A stretch of 64,000 nt of DNA from an uncultured virus (IMG/VR IMGVR_UViG_3300022666_000091) (taxonomy: Duplodnaviria; Heunggongvirae; Uroviricota; Caudoviricetes), in the IMG/VR virus record IMGVR_UViG_3300022666_000091; one strand, given 5' to 3'. A program made the translations under genes and the position numbers. This document shows positions 46,437 through 56,030 of this stretch, in pieces. The notes below the pieces were generated by a model. That model was not told the origin of the DNA and did no database searches. It worked only from the letters and a program-made list of their open reading frames with translations. Positions within the stretch are counted from its first letter, which is position 1. Every line of letters begins with the position of its first letter.

Positions 46437-47186
46437 ATGGCGAAAATTGACGAAAAGACCCTGGCTATCCTCAGCCGGGTCACCGTGGAAGGCAACGTGA
46501 TTTTTCTCAACTGCGGCCAGCTGGACCGCAAAGACTACCTGGCCGTGAACAAGATCCTGGGCTCCATGAAAGGGAAGTGGGACCGCACGGTCCAGGGCCA
46601 CGTGTTCAAGGAAGACCCGACCGACAAGCTGGAACACGTGCTGCTAACTGGCGAAATCACCACGCAGCAGGATCTCGGCTACTTCCCGACACCGCCGCCC
46701 TTGGCCAAGAAAGTGATCGATCTCGCGGACATCCGCAACGGCCATGCGGTCCTCGAACCGTCGGCAGGGGAGGGGGGGCTTGCGGATCTGGCGGCCGGCA
46801 TCGTCGGGCATCTGGGGGTTGACTGCGTGGAGCTCCAACAGGAAAACGCCTCGCTCCTGGCGTCTAAGGGATTCGTCAAGGTGATCTGCGGGAACTTCCT
46901 GGAGCTGAAACCGGCGGCCCGTTATGACCGGGTGGTGATGAACCCGCCCTTTGCCCGGCAGCAGGATATCGAACATGTGACGCATGCCTTCCGCTGTCTG
47001 AAGCCCGCCGGCAGGCTGGTATCCGTCATGAGCGCAGGGGTGCTGTTCCGGGAGACGAAGCTGGCCCGGGAGTTCCGGATCTTCCTTGAGAAGAGGGGAG
47101 GGTATGAGCGGAATCCGGAGGGGAGTTTCAAGGCAAGCGGGACGAACGTAAACACGGTTACCATCTGGCTGGACAAGGCGGCGTAG
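46437..47186 (+). CDS. SAM-dependent (adenine-type) DNA methyltransferase
   Basis: YFPTP, VLEPSAGEG, VVMNPPF. Confidence 0.85.
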   Translation: MAKIDEKTLAILSRVTVEGNVIFLNCGQLDRKDYLAVNKILGSMKGKWDRTVQGHVFKEDPTDKLEHVLLTGEITTQQDLGYFPTPPPLAKKVIDLADIRNGHAVLEPSAGEGGLADLAAGIVGHLGVDCVELQQENASLLASKGFVKVICGNFLELKPAARYDRVVMNPPFARQQDIEHVTHAFRCLKPAGRLVSVMSAGVLFRETKLAREFRIFLEKRGGYERNPEGSFKASGTNVNTVTIWLDKAA

Positions 47187-47399
47187 GGGAAGGTAGATTG
47201 TTCGCGGCTCCTTTCCTCCATAGGAGGGGCCGCACTTTTTCAAGAAACGAGAGGAGGTGACCGATATGAAATAAAAGGTAAAGGCTTTCCGCAAAAAGAA
47301 AGGGCCGTCTCCAGGGAACGGCCCAATCACCGGGAAAGGTGAAAATGACTTTTGCATCATAGCAAACACGTTCCCAAATGGCAACTATTTTAGGAGGAG

Positions 47400-47642
47400 G
47401 TGAAAACAGTGGAACAGTCGAAACAGCTCGCAAAGTTGTGGTTGACATTGGACGAGGTGAAGACGAAAATCGACAATGAAATTCTGCCGGGGGCAACGCA
47501 CCTCGGCATGGACGACGAGGAGTTGATGACGGCCCTGGAGAACCTCAGCCGGGAGATAACCGCCCACCAGGAGCGGTTCTTATTGCAGGCCCGACCGGTC
47601 GAAAACGGGAGCAAAATCGGGTATACCCGTAACGACCGATAA
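47400..47642 (+). CDS. Hypothetical protein
   Basis: AGGAGGAGG RBS. Confidence 0.55.
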   Translation: MKTVEQSKQLAKLWLTLDEVKTKIDNEILPGATHLGMDDEELMTALENLSREITAHQERFLLQARPVENGSKIGYTRNDR

Positions 47643-47738
47643 CAAAGATTATGTCAAGTTAATGAAATTTGCAATGCAATCAGCAGTAGATTTGCAGCTT
47701 AGGGGGGGATTGACTCCAGGAGGTCGCCCCCCCTCTTT

Positions 47739-48050
47739 TTATCTTCTCCTGGCCTTCTTCTTGACCAGTTTCCGCTTCCGATGGATCACCCGTTCACAGG
47801 TCAACAGGTACGTCCCCGCCTCATTCACCACGAACCGCCACCCTTCGGCCGTGTAGTAACGGACCGGCATCATCCCATTATCCAGCAGCCGCAGTACGGC
47901 GCCGCCTCCAAGGTCTTCCGGCTGGGCAACCGATAGCAGCCGCCGCAACGTGCCGTTAGGACATGCCGGCACCGACCCGAGCCAGGTCTTGTGCCTGGTC
48001 ACGAACTGCCGCCAGGCGTGACGGGATATGATGACCGCCTCGGCGTTCAC
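47739..48050 (-). CDS. Hypothetical protein
   Basis: IISRHAWRQF; last gene of minus-strand unit. Confidence 0.55.
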   Translation of the reverse strand: MNAEAVIISRHAWRQFVTRHKTWLGSVPACPNGTLRRLLSVAQPEDLGGGAVLRLLDNGMMPVRYYTAEGWRFVVNEAGTYLLTCERVIHRKRKLVKKKARRR

Positions 48051-48421
48051 CTTTTCATCAGCTTCCGCAGGAAGCCCCCCAGGCTGTGCTTTTTCGTGAA
48101 CGCCCCGTCCACGTCCCGTTCATCATGCCGTTGCGGTTCTGTTGGCGGCTCGCCGGTAGTTTGTTCATGCAGTCCCCGTGCGTACTCAATGGCCGCATAG
48201 AGCCCGGACCGCACCCGGTCGTATTCGTCACGCTTCCGCTGCAAGGCTTCGTTGCCGGGATCGGCCTTGAGCTGATCATCGAGATCCGCTATCTTTGCCG
48301 CGGCCTCGTCGTGTCGCTGTTCCGCAATCTTCGCGATCCGTTTCAGGTCGCTGCAGGCTACGGCCTCGGCTGCCTTGACGGCTTTCATATTCCGGACCAG
48401 GCCGTCGGTTACGGTTGCCAT
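48047..48421 (-). CDS. Hypothetical protein
   Basis: TAATG coupling to upstream gene. Confidence 0.6.
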   Translation of the reverse strand: MATVTDGLVRNMKAVKAAEAVACSDLKRIAKIAEQRHDEAAAKIADLDDQLKADPGNEALQRKRDEYDRVRSGLYAAIEYARGLHEQTTGEPPTEPQRHDERDVDGAFTKKHSLGGFLRKLMKR

Positions 48422-49641
48422 TACTCCCCCCTCTTCAGCAGGAACACTCCCGCCGTCATTGCCTTTTCGATCTTTTCCAGTTTCGTGTAGTAGTGAGGAT
48501 CCTCCTTGAGGTGTGCCAGGACGATCTTCGCCGTCGTGACGGCATTGCCGCCGGTCACGTCCCGGTGTTCCTCTTCTACGAACATCCCATCGCAGAACTC
48601 GTCCAGGTCCACCTCGTTCCAGTCCACCCCGAGCTGGTCGCCGACCTGTTTGCATAGGGCCTCGCCGGACTTCCGGAGACCAAGCGTCGCCTTCACCAGC
48701 CCCAGGAAGCCGATCAGCCCCTTCGCCAGCTTCTTCCACAACAGCCGGTACTTGCGCTCGTTGAACTTCGGCCGGTCCGCAATATAGGCGGTTACCACCG
48801 TGTAGAACTTCTGGCCCCTGGAGTAGCGGACCTCGACGATGTGGATCTTCTGTTCCTTCCCGCTGTCGGACACCAGTGCCAGCCGACCACCGCCGGCATC
48901 ATAGACGGCGTTGAAGCTCTGCAGCACGTCCTCGACGAATGCCTCCTCGCTGTCATAGCCCGCTTGCCGTATCTCCTCGCCGTGCTGCACCGCGATATGC
49001 TCCAGGCCGAAGCCTCGATGATCGCCGAACTGCTTGCCGCGCACCAGCCGGATCGGGGCCGCCGGGACGCCCGCTGCCTTGGCCACCTCCTCGGGGATGG
49101 CCCCGAACTCGCGGACCGGTTCGTCCGGATGCGGCTGCCGCTTGTCATCGTGCTCCCTCACATACACGCTGCGACCTGTTGAGGTGTGGCGGGTGTATCC
49201 TTGGATGTGACTCTTGACCATCTTTCCCTTGCACTGGTAGATCTTCTCCTTGAACTCATCGAACGGCATCTCGGTCATGGAGCCGAAGAAACGGGGATCA
49301 TCGTATTGCTTCAGGTAGGCCTCCCGTGCGGCATCGGCCGACGAGAAGGCCAGCATGCACTTGTCCTCGTCGTAACTCGTAAAGTCAGGCGGTGCCATCT
49401 GGTGAACGATGTAGACCATGGGAGCGTCCCAGTCGGGACCGATGTAGACGTCGAGTTGGTCGCCGTCGGTGCCAAGGGTGCCCCGGATGTAGCCGTAGGA
49501 GTACCGCATGCGGGTCATCCCCTCGGTGTTGTTGTGGGGATCTTTCCACGCCCGGGCAGAGTGTTTCCAGTTCTCGACAGAGACTGGTAGACCCCTGAAA
49601 TCCAATCTTCCGTGCAGCGGCCTGGCTTTCAGTAGCAGCAT
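48421..49641 (-). CDS. Polyvalent head-associated protein: inorganic-pyrophosphatase-like, barnase/PBECR-like and DUF5661-like domains
   Basis: YGYIRGTLGTDGDQLDVYIG..YDEDKCML; FGLEHIAVQH..YTVVTAY; GMFVEEEH..IVLAHLKEDPHYYTKL. Confidence 0.7.
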   Translation of the reverse strand: MLLLKARPLHGRLDFRGLPVSVENWKHSARAWKDPHNNTEGMTRMRYSYGYIRGTLGTDGDQLDVYIGPDWDAPMVYIVHQMAPPDFTSYDEDKCMLAFSSADAAREAYLKQYDDPRFFGSMTEMPFDEFKEKIYQCKGKMVKSHIQGYTRHTSTGRSVYVREHDDKRQPHPDEPVREFGAIPEEVAKAAGVPAAPIRLVRGKQFGDHRGFGLEHIAVQHGEEIRQAGYDSEEAFVEDVLQSFNAVYDAGGGRLALVSDSGKEQKIHIVEVRYSRGQKFYTVVTAYIADRPKFNERKYRLLWKKLAKGLIGFLGLVKATLGLRKSGEALCKQVGDQLGVDWNEVDLDEFCDGMFVEEEHRDVTGGNAVTTAKIVLAHLKEDPHYYTKLEKIEKAMTAGVFLLKRGE

Positions 49642-49642
49642 C

Positions 49643-49903
49643 TCAACCTTCCTTTCGGAACCTGTAGACCTTGTATATCCGGCGCCTGCCGTCCCAGTCC
49701 AGCGGCACTATGCGCGTGCCGAACGTGACCTTGCCCTGTTGCACGCTGGCCTTCAGTAACTTCACAATCCGTTTCTCGCCCAGGCCTGTCAACTCGACCA
49801 GTTCCTGCGTTGTGAAGCCGTCATCGTTCCTGGAAGCCTCGGACTCCAGCCGCGATATCTCGCGAAGCCATTCGTCTACCGTGATATCGTTTGCCATTCT
49901 CAC
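49643..49903 (-). CDS. Small winged-HTH-like protein
   Basis: GFTTQELVELTGLGEKRIVKLL. Confidence 0.55.
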   Translation of the reverse strand: MRMANDITVDEWLREISRLESEASRNDDGFTTQELVELTGLGEKRIVKLLKASVQQGKVTFGTRIVPLDWDGRRRIYKVYRFRKEG

Positions 49904-49904
49904 C

Positions 49905-50735
49905 TCACTCGACCGTAGGCCGCTGTAGATGCCATACCTTGTGCCGCACGATTGCCGCGTCGTCTTCCCCGGCCCGTATCAGGATGCCGCCGAATTGTGG
50001 TAACGAGATCCGGCCGCCGGGGATTTTGTAAGCAAAGGGGGTCTTGCATTGCCAACCCGCGGTGACCACGGAAATCATCTCACCGTGGGCCGACGAAAAC
50101 GAAGTCTTGAAGGAGCGGTGCCGGTGCGATCTCACGATCACGGTAGGCGGCTCCAGCCCCTGGCGGGCGGCCTCGGTCAGGCTCTCGGTCAGTTCCTTGT
50201 GAACGGCGGTTGACTCGTAGGCCGCCGATCCCGTGGTGCCGATGTGATGCATGGCGTGCACCAGGGCCTTGCCGACTCGTATCCAGAGTTCATGCCTTGC
50301 GTACTGGCCAGCGGCGTTTGGAAGTGCCCCGAGCCGCTTGGCAAGCCGCTCCTCTTCAACGCCACTTTTTCCGACGTGCGCTTCGGTGCCGCGGACCATG
50401 AAAAACCGTTGCGCCTTGGCGACGACCGGCTCCAGCACCTCCAGGGCGATCCGCGCCTGGTCCTCCAGGTTGTGTGATATCTGGTGTGTCGAGCCGTGGT
50501 GACTGCCGTCTATGGTGTCGCCGTTGACCACGACGTCGAACGGCTCCCCATGGGTTACCTTGGGGATCCACTCGCTCCAGAACTCCTGCCACATGGCCCA
50601 CACCTTCTTCTGGATTTCCGATGGATGGTAACGGCCCCCTTCATCGAGAAGCACGCCCCCGGACGGGCAGAGGCCGGTCTGGCAGCCACAATGAAGATCC
50701 GATATGACGACAAGATTCCTGGTCTGGCTTGGCAA
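49905..50735 (-). CDS. Calcineurin-like metallophosphoesterase
   Basis: SDLHCG, NGDTIDG, GTEAH, HH, SHRH. Confidence 0.8.
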   Translation of the reverse strand: MPSQTRNLVVISDLHCGCQTGLCPSGGVLLDEGGRYHPSEIQKKVWAMWQEFWSEWIPKVTHGEPFDVVVNGDTIDGSHHGSTHQISHNLEDQARIALEVLEPVVAKAQRFFMVRGTEAHVGKSGVEEERLAKRLGALPNAAGQYARHELWIRVGKALVHAMHHIGTTGSAAYESTAVHKELTESLTEAARQGLEPPTVIVRSHRHRSFKTSFSSAHGEMISVVTAGWQCKTPFAYKIPGGRISLPQFGGILIRAGEDDAAIVRHKVWHLQRPTVE

Positions 50736-50744
50736 GTGGCCTCC

Positions 50745-51098
50745 TTATCCGAACAGCCTCTTCAGCTCCTCCACGGAATGGACTACCGGGATCCCGTGCT
50801 CCAGGGCGAAGTCGAATTCGCGACAGGCACCCTTCGACTTGGCCCAGCCGGGATAGAGAAAGATCGCGTGACATTGCTTGAGCAGCGGGAAGCAATATTT
50901 TTCCAGCCAGTCGCCATGAGTGTATCCGGCGAAGCGGCCGTCCAGGTCCCAGAACTCAGTAATTTTGTGGGGAACGACCGGCACGAACCCAGCCGCCAGC
51001 ACCTGCTTGCCGTACTCGACCGCCCGGGCGACATTGGCGGCCACCTCATCGCGGGTAGGGGCGGTGTAGGGGCCGGCAACGTAGGTCAGTTTTCTCAT
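50745..51098 (-). CDS. Nucleoside 2-deoxyribosyltransferase-like protein (DUF4406/DUF1937 type)
   Basis: YVAGPYT..VPH..PGWAKSKGACREF.FA. Confidence 0.75.
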   Translation of the reverse strand: MRKLTYVAGPYTAPTRDEVAANVARAVEYGKQVLAAGFVPVVPHKITEFWDLDGRFAGYTHGDWLEKYCFPLLKQCHAIFLYPGWAKSKGACREFDFALEHGIPVVHSVEELKRLFG

Positions 51099-51457
51099 AG
51101 TGCCGGGACCTCCGGGTGCGCGGTGGGCTCGAAGCCGGGCATGGGCGATTGGCGTTCCGCCCTCTCCCGGTCAAACGCAATAATCGCCAGTGCGGCATAG
51201 TTGATCAGGTCCATGAAGGTATCCCGGATTCCCTCGTCTTTGACCTTGAGGATGCCCTGCTTGCAGAAATTCTTCAGCCGGTGGTACTTATCGGAGATAC
51301 GCACCACGATTCCCCGCCAGCCGAAATCGTCGAAGTTGCTCATGGCCGATTCTTCTCCGGCATAGTCGTGGCCCTTCTCTTCCGCAATCTCCAGGCACCG
51401 GTCAAAGATGGCCCGCATTCGTTCGATTTTTTCCTGCTGAGTAAACTTTCCAGCCAT
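51095..51457 (-). CDS. Nucleotide-modification-associated (DUF1599-like) protein
   Basis: KGHDYAG..VRISDKYHRL..DTFMDLINYA. Confidence 0.75.
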   Translation of the reverse strand: MAGKFTQQEKIERMRAIFDRCLEIAEEKGHDYAGEESAMSNFDDFGWRGIVVRISDKYHRLKNFCKQGILKVKDEGIRDTFMDLINYAALAIIAFDRERAERQSPMPGFEPTAHPEVPAL

Positions 51458-51752
51458 GCCTTCCCTCCCTTTCGATGATTCTCCACCGGCGGCCCGTCGC
51501 CCGGCTGTTCGCACAGCATGCACTTTACGCACCCCGCAACAGGCCCGCCGCCTCGTGGACATTCCATCACGCCACCTTGAAGGTCAGGTAGGTGCCCTTG
51601 TCCGTCACCTCCCGCCGATAGTTCCCCTTCATGGCTGCGTCAATCACCCTTGAGAACTCCTCCCGCTCAACCGGGGCATTTGGAGAAATCCCCGCCTCTT
51701 TCCAGTCCAGCACCTTTTCGTCTCCCCGGATCTTCGGTTCCATCTTCTTCCC

Positions 51753-52172
51753 CTATCCCATGGCGTGAAGCTGCTTCTGGGCCTGCTGGAACAGTCCGAT
51801 GATGTGGTTGGCCTTGGCCTTCAGCTTCTCGTTGACGTGGGCCTCCCGGGTTCTCACGTCATAGGTTACCCCCTGCTTCGAGAATTCGTGGATAACCCAT
51901 TCCATGTAGCGTTTGACGTTCCCCTTGTTCACGTCGCCGGCTGCCGCCTTCATGCCGACGGTCTCCAGCCCCTTCTTGACGATGGTGACTATCTCGTCCA
52001 GGGAGAGTTTCCCGAGCCGCATGCCGCCGCCCTTCTGTTGGTGGGTTTCTTCCTGGAAGTGCCTGGCCTCTTCGGACGGCTTGCGGCGGTCTTCGTGTTC
52101 GCGAACCATGGAAACCTTGCCGGTCTTCGATGTGCGGGAATGGGCGGTGACGTGGGATTTAATCAGAAACAC
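51753..52172 (-). CDS. Hypothetical head-associated protein
   Basis: LIKSHVTAHSRTSKTGKVSMVREHED motif. Confidence 0.6.
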   Translation of the reverse strand: MFLIKSHVTAHSRTSKTGKVSMVREHEDRRKPSEEARHFQEETHQQKGGGMRLGKLSLDEIVTIVKKGLETVGMKAAAGDVNKGNVKRYMEWVIHEFSKQGVTYDVRTREAHVNEKLKAKANHIIGLFQQAQKQLHAMG

Positions 52173-52174
52173 TC

Positions 52175-55100
52175 CTACCTCCTTGCCAGCAGATACAGAG
52201 ACTTGCGGATGGCCCGCTCCTTGCCTACCAGATCCCCGATGGCCTTCTTCTCCTGGAGCCTGAGCTGCGTGCCGATATCGTGCGGCGTGTTGGTCAGGAT
52301 CAGGTGGGCATCGACGTTCTTCTTCGCTCCGGTCCGGTCTGCTCGGGAAAAGAACTGATCCAGCGGTGCGTAGGAATCCTCGCCGGAAGCAATGGCGATG
52401 GCCGTGGTCCCCCCGCCCCCGTTGCCATCGTATTGCAGGTTCAGACCTTCAACGCCCGCACGCATGTGGATCGAAAACTTCACCTTCGGGTCGTGCTTGT
52501 ACCGCTGCTTGTTGGCATCCAGCTCACTCTTCTTCGTGGCCCCGGTGAATTCCACCCGGTCGAACTCCGGGTAATGCTGGGAGAGGAAGCTGTTGATCTG
52601 ATCCACCGTCTCCCGGTTCTTGGCATAGAACAGCACCTTTTCATCGGCGGCCTTGGTCGCCAGGTGCTGGTCGATGATCTTTTTCGCCTGCGCGAACTTC
52701 GGGTTGATCTTGTGATCCGTGGCGTTCAGGACGGAGTTCAGCCGCTGATCACGCTGGAAGGTGACAATCTCCTTCCGCCTGAAGGCGTCGGTTGCCTCCT
52801 TGTAGGCCTTCCTCTGCGCCGGGTGCAGTTCCACCTCATGGGTGTGCAGGTTGAAGTCGTAGGTCCGTGCCTTCTTCTTCCGGGTGTGGATGTAGTCGCC
52901 CAGGTATTGCTCCATGAAGCCCTGGACCTGCGCCTTGTATCCAGCCCCCTTGTGGACCGAACCGAACAGGTGCATGAATTCCTTCTGCGAAGAAAACCGT
53001 TCCGGATTCATGATGTTGGCGTGGAAGTAGATCTGGGACAGGTCGTCCGGCGCCGGGGTGCCGCTCATGGCGATGTAGTAGGGGGCTTGTGAACCGGCCT
53101 CGGCCAGGCCGCGAGACATCTGCGACTTGCCCCTTCCCTCCCGCTGGGTGATCTTGTGGGCCTCGTCGGCAACCACCAGGTCGAAGCCTGCCGCGTTGAT
53201 GGCGGCCTTGTCGAAGTTCATCTTCTCCTTGTTGACAAGAACGATGGTGTTGGGGTCGCTGTTGTACAACTCCCGCCGCTTGGCGGGCGTCTGGTCGTTG
53301 ACCATCACCACCTTGTAGTTGGAGAACTTCGCCACCTCATCACGGAAGTTGGGGAGGAGCTTGGCCGGCATGGCGACGATCATCTTGACCGGCTTCCCGG
53401 TCACATCCTCCAGGTGCGCCTTGGCCGCTATCGCTCCTTTCGACTTGCCGGTCCCTGCCTCCCAGTTCCAGAAAACCTTCTTCTGTTTCGCCAGGAGCCG
53501 CAGGCCTGCCTGCTCCTCGTCGTTGAAGAATATCTTCTGTCGGACGCCGTTCTTGTCAGGCGGCGTGTAGGCATTGATCCCGGAGGGATGGAAGTCGTCG
53601 GTGTTGGCCTTCCCCTCCTTGACCTCGGCTGCGGTATGCTCCAGGCCAATCCCTTCACCGTGGGCCTTGGTGCCTTCCTCCCGGATCATCCGGTCGAAGG
53701 AGCGCGGCGGCACGGTCATGGTGTAGCCGCCTTCCTTCCCCTTCTTGATGGTCACGTCCTTGGAACGTAGCCCGAGCGCCTTGCGCTTCTGTTCCAGTGA
53801 ATCGGCGTGCGAACCGTGAAACTCAATGGCCTCGCTGGAACGGTTCTTCAGCGCGTAGAGCAGTTCCGCCCCCTGGTTCAGCGCCCCTTCTGCCTGGCCG
53901 TAGGCCTCATAGGCCTTGTTCATGTACTTCAGGGACGTTCCGGTTGCCTGGGCCATGGTCATGATGTTGTCGGACCCGAGTCCGAACTGCCGCACCTTGT
54001 CGGCCAGCCCCATGAAATACTGGCCCCGCTCGTTGGCCTGGAAGGCAACCGGGTTACTTTCGCCGGTCAGGTAGTTTTCCAGATCCCGGGTGACCTGTTT
54101 CAGGTCGTGCCCGGCGGACACCAGGTAGTGGCGGGTCAGGATGGCGGCGTTCTGTGACCCCAGCGCGTCATACACCTTCTTGGTCAGAATGGCCTTGCCG
54201 GTGTGCTGGCCGATGAAACCGGTTGCGGTCTCGAAGCCGCCCTGTCGGATATTCCCCTCCATCCGGGCGTCGCCCTTGGCATCCTCCACCCCTTCAACAC
54301 CGCGAGTGGTCCGCATGAGGTTGTAGTGGGCCTCCAGCTCCTTCGCCAGGGCGTGCTCATCGGCAACCGCCTTCCGGATATCGTCTCCAGACAGCGGCTT
54401 GAAGCTCGCCATGACGTCGTGGCCGGCACGGAACTTTTCCGATGCCTTGCCGACCCTTACCAGCTTCCGGATATCAGCCCGCTCCTTCTCCAGGGCTCGA
54501 ACCGCCATGTGCATGCCGACCAGCTCCTCGGCGTGCTCCTTGACCACGGTGGCGATTCCTTTGCTTCCCTGTGCGGCTGGCTCCTCTTCGAGCAGGGCGG
54601 CCTTTGCCTGCTTGACGATGCTCTGGATTGCCTGATCCTTCTCGTTCAGGATCCGTTTCGTCTCGATCCGCTCCTCGACGGCACGCTGTACCGGGTCGGC
54701 AATGGCCTGGGTCCGCTTCTCGATACGGGTCTTCTCTTCCGGTGTCAGCTCGCGGGAGACCCCTGTCTTTTCCTGGATGAAGCCGTACAGGGCGCTCTTC
54801 TTGTCCTTGATCTGTTGTGACAACTCGTTGATGTGAGACTCAGCCTGTTTCTTCTGGTCCTCGGAGAGTTCCGGCTTTTTCTTCTCCTCCTTGGCTGGTG
54901 TCGCCTCTTTCTCAGACGACCCCGTAGCGGTTTCGCCGCCTGGGCGATCCGCTACATCTTCCCCCTTGTCGCGTTTCAGCGACAGGGTTTTATGCCGCAG
55001 CGATGATCCACCCCCGATAAGAACAGAGGCGGTGCCGTCTTTGTGCGGCAGGATGTAAAGGTGGCGATGGTTCAGCGGACTTGAATCATCATTAATGGTA

Positions 55101-55231
55101 ATCCATCTACCTCCGGGGTGCTTCTGCTGGATCTCCGCAGAGAACGACTTTCGCAACCCTTCATCTAAGGCTAGCACCGTACCGTACTTAGTCTTGACTA
55201 CAATAATCTGTGAACGCAAAACATGGATCAT
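52175..55231 (-). CDS. Large SNF2-family helicase-domain protein
   Basis: EAGTGKS, VVADEAH, MSGTP, EGLNLQ, QFFSRADRTG. Confidence 0.85.
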   Translation of the reverse strand: MIHVLRSQIIVVKTKYGTVLALDEGLRKSFSAEIQQKHPGGRWITINDDSSPLNHRHLYILPHKDGTASVLIGGGSSLRHKTLSLKRDKGEDVADRPGGETATGSSEKEATPAKEEKKKPELSEDQKKQAESHINELSQQIKDKKSALYGFIQEKTGVSRELTPEEKTRIEKRTQAIADPVQRAVEERIETKRILNEKDQAIQSIVKQAKAALLEEEPAAQGSKGIATVVKEHAEELVGMHMAVRALEKERADIRKLVRVGKASEKFRAGHDVMASFKPLSGDDIRKAVADEHALAKELEAHYNLMRTTRGVEGVEDAKGDARMEGNIRQGGFETATGFIGQHTGKAILTKKVYDALGSQNAAILTRHYLVSAGHDLKQVTRDLENYLTGESNPVAFQANERGQYFMGLADKVRQFGLGSDNIMTMAQATGTSLKYMNKAYEAYGQAEGALNQGAELLYALKNRSSEAIEFHGSHADSLEQKRKALGLRSKDVTIKKGKEGGYTMTVPPRSFDRMIREEGTKAHGEGIGLEHTAAEVKEGKANTDDFHPSGINAYTPPDKNGVRQKIFFNDEEQAGLRLLAKQKKVFWNWEAGTGKSKGAIAAKAHLEDVTGKPVKMIVAMPAKLLPNFRDEVAKFSNYKVVMVNDQTPAKRRELYNSDPNTIVLVNKEKMNFDKAAINAAGFDLVVADEAHKITQREGRGKSQMSRGLAEAGSQAPYYIAMSGTPAPDDLSQIYFHANIMNPERFSSQKEFMHLFGSVHKGAGYKAQVQGFMEQYLGDYIHTRKKKARTYDFNLHTHEVELHPAQRKAYKEATDAFRRKEIVTFQRDQRLNSVLNATDHKINPKFAQAKKIIDQHLATKAADEKVLFYAKNRETVDQINSFLSQHYPEFDRVEFTGATKKSELDANKQRYKHDPKVKFSIHMRAGVEGLNLQYDGNGGGGTTAIAIASGEDSYAPLDQFFSRADRTGAKKNVDAHLILTNTPHDIGTQLRLQEKKAIGDLVGKERAIRKSLYLLARR

Positions 55232-55317
55232 GGCATGTCCTCACATACAACAAAGCCTTGCATCGGGCAGTGTTTGTGTGTATGATATACCAAACACACA
55301 ACACAAGGGGGGTGTAG

Positions 55318-56016
55318 ATGTCAATTACGAAACGCGACAGCCGCGGAAAAGTGCTCGAAGCCGTTCTTACGGAAGCAGAACGCAACAAAATGCATAATGC
55401 TCGTTGGGGCCAACGCACGGAGAGGTTGAATGCAGCCACCAAAGATGAACTCTATGAGCTTTATTGGGTAGAAAGTTTGAGCACACAACAGATCGCAGGT
55501 CTTTATGGTGTAATGAAAAACGAAACGGTAATGAAACGGCTTCGACACTTCGGTATTCCTATGCGTACCAGAAGTGAGGCTTGTCGAATCCGTTGGGCCA
55601 CTAGCCCCGAACTGAGAGCGCGAATTGGACAAGCGTCTGGGCTGTCCCGCACTGGTAAACCAATTGCTGAGGAAAATTTGGTTCGTCGCGCCATAACTCG
55701 ACAGGCACGACCAAAGCCATCGGAATGTGAACGAGCCCTTGCCAAACAGCTGCACGATATGGACATTCAGGCTGTCCTGTGGTACGCATTCGGACGCTAT
55801 ACGATTGATATCGCGGTACCTGAAAATAAAATTGCGATAGAGATTGGTAACGAATGCCATCGTTGTAAGCTGGTAATAGAGCGTGACAATCTGAAGAAAC
55901 AACTCCTTGAAGAAGCGGGTTGGCAGGTGATCTACATAGCGATTCCCCATGTCCGTTACAATGCGCCCGATGCTGCGCAAATTATTGCTGCTGCCATCCA
56001 GGAAAGAGCTATATAG
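55318..56016 (+). CDS. Free-standing endonuclease (HTH plus DUF559/Vsr-like domain)
   Basis: LYELYWVESLSTQQIA..; SECERAL..YTIDIAVPENKIAIEI..RD..L..AGWQVIYI; antisense orientation and lower GC. Confidence 0.7.
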   Translation: MSITKRDSRGKVLEAVLTEAERNKMHNARWGQRTERLNAATKDELYELYWVESLSTQQIAGLYGVMKNETVMKRLRHFGIPMRTRSEACRIRWATSPELRARIGQASGLSRTGKPIAEENLVRRAITRQARPKPSECERALAKQLHDMDIQAVLWYAFGRYTIDIAVPENKIAIEIGNECHRCKLVIERDNLKKQLLEEAGWQVIYIAIPHVRYNAPDAAQIIAAAIQERAI

Positions 56017-56030
56017 CACAAACATTTGGA

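Noticed and set aside
47352..47362. TGCATCAT partial class-A motif
   Set aside because: Lacks the T-run and the CCT box at the fixed offset.
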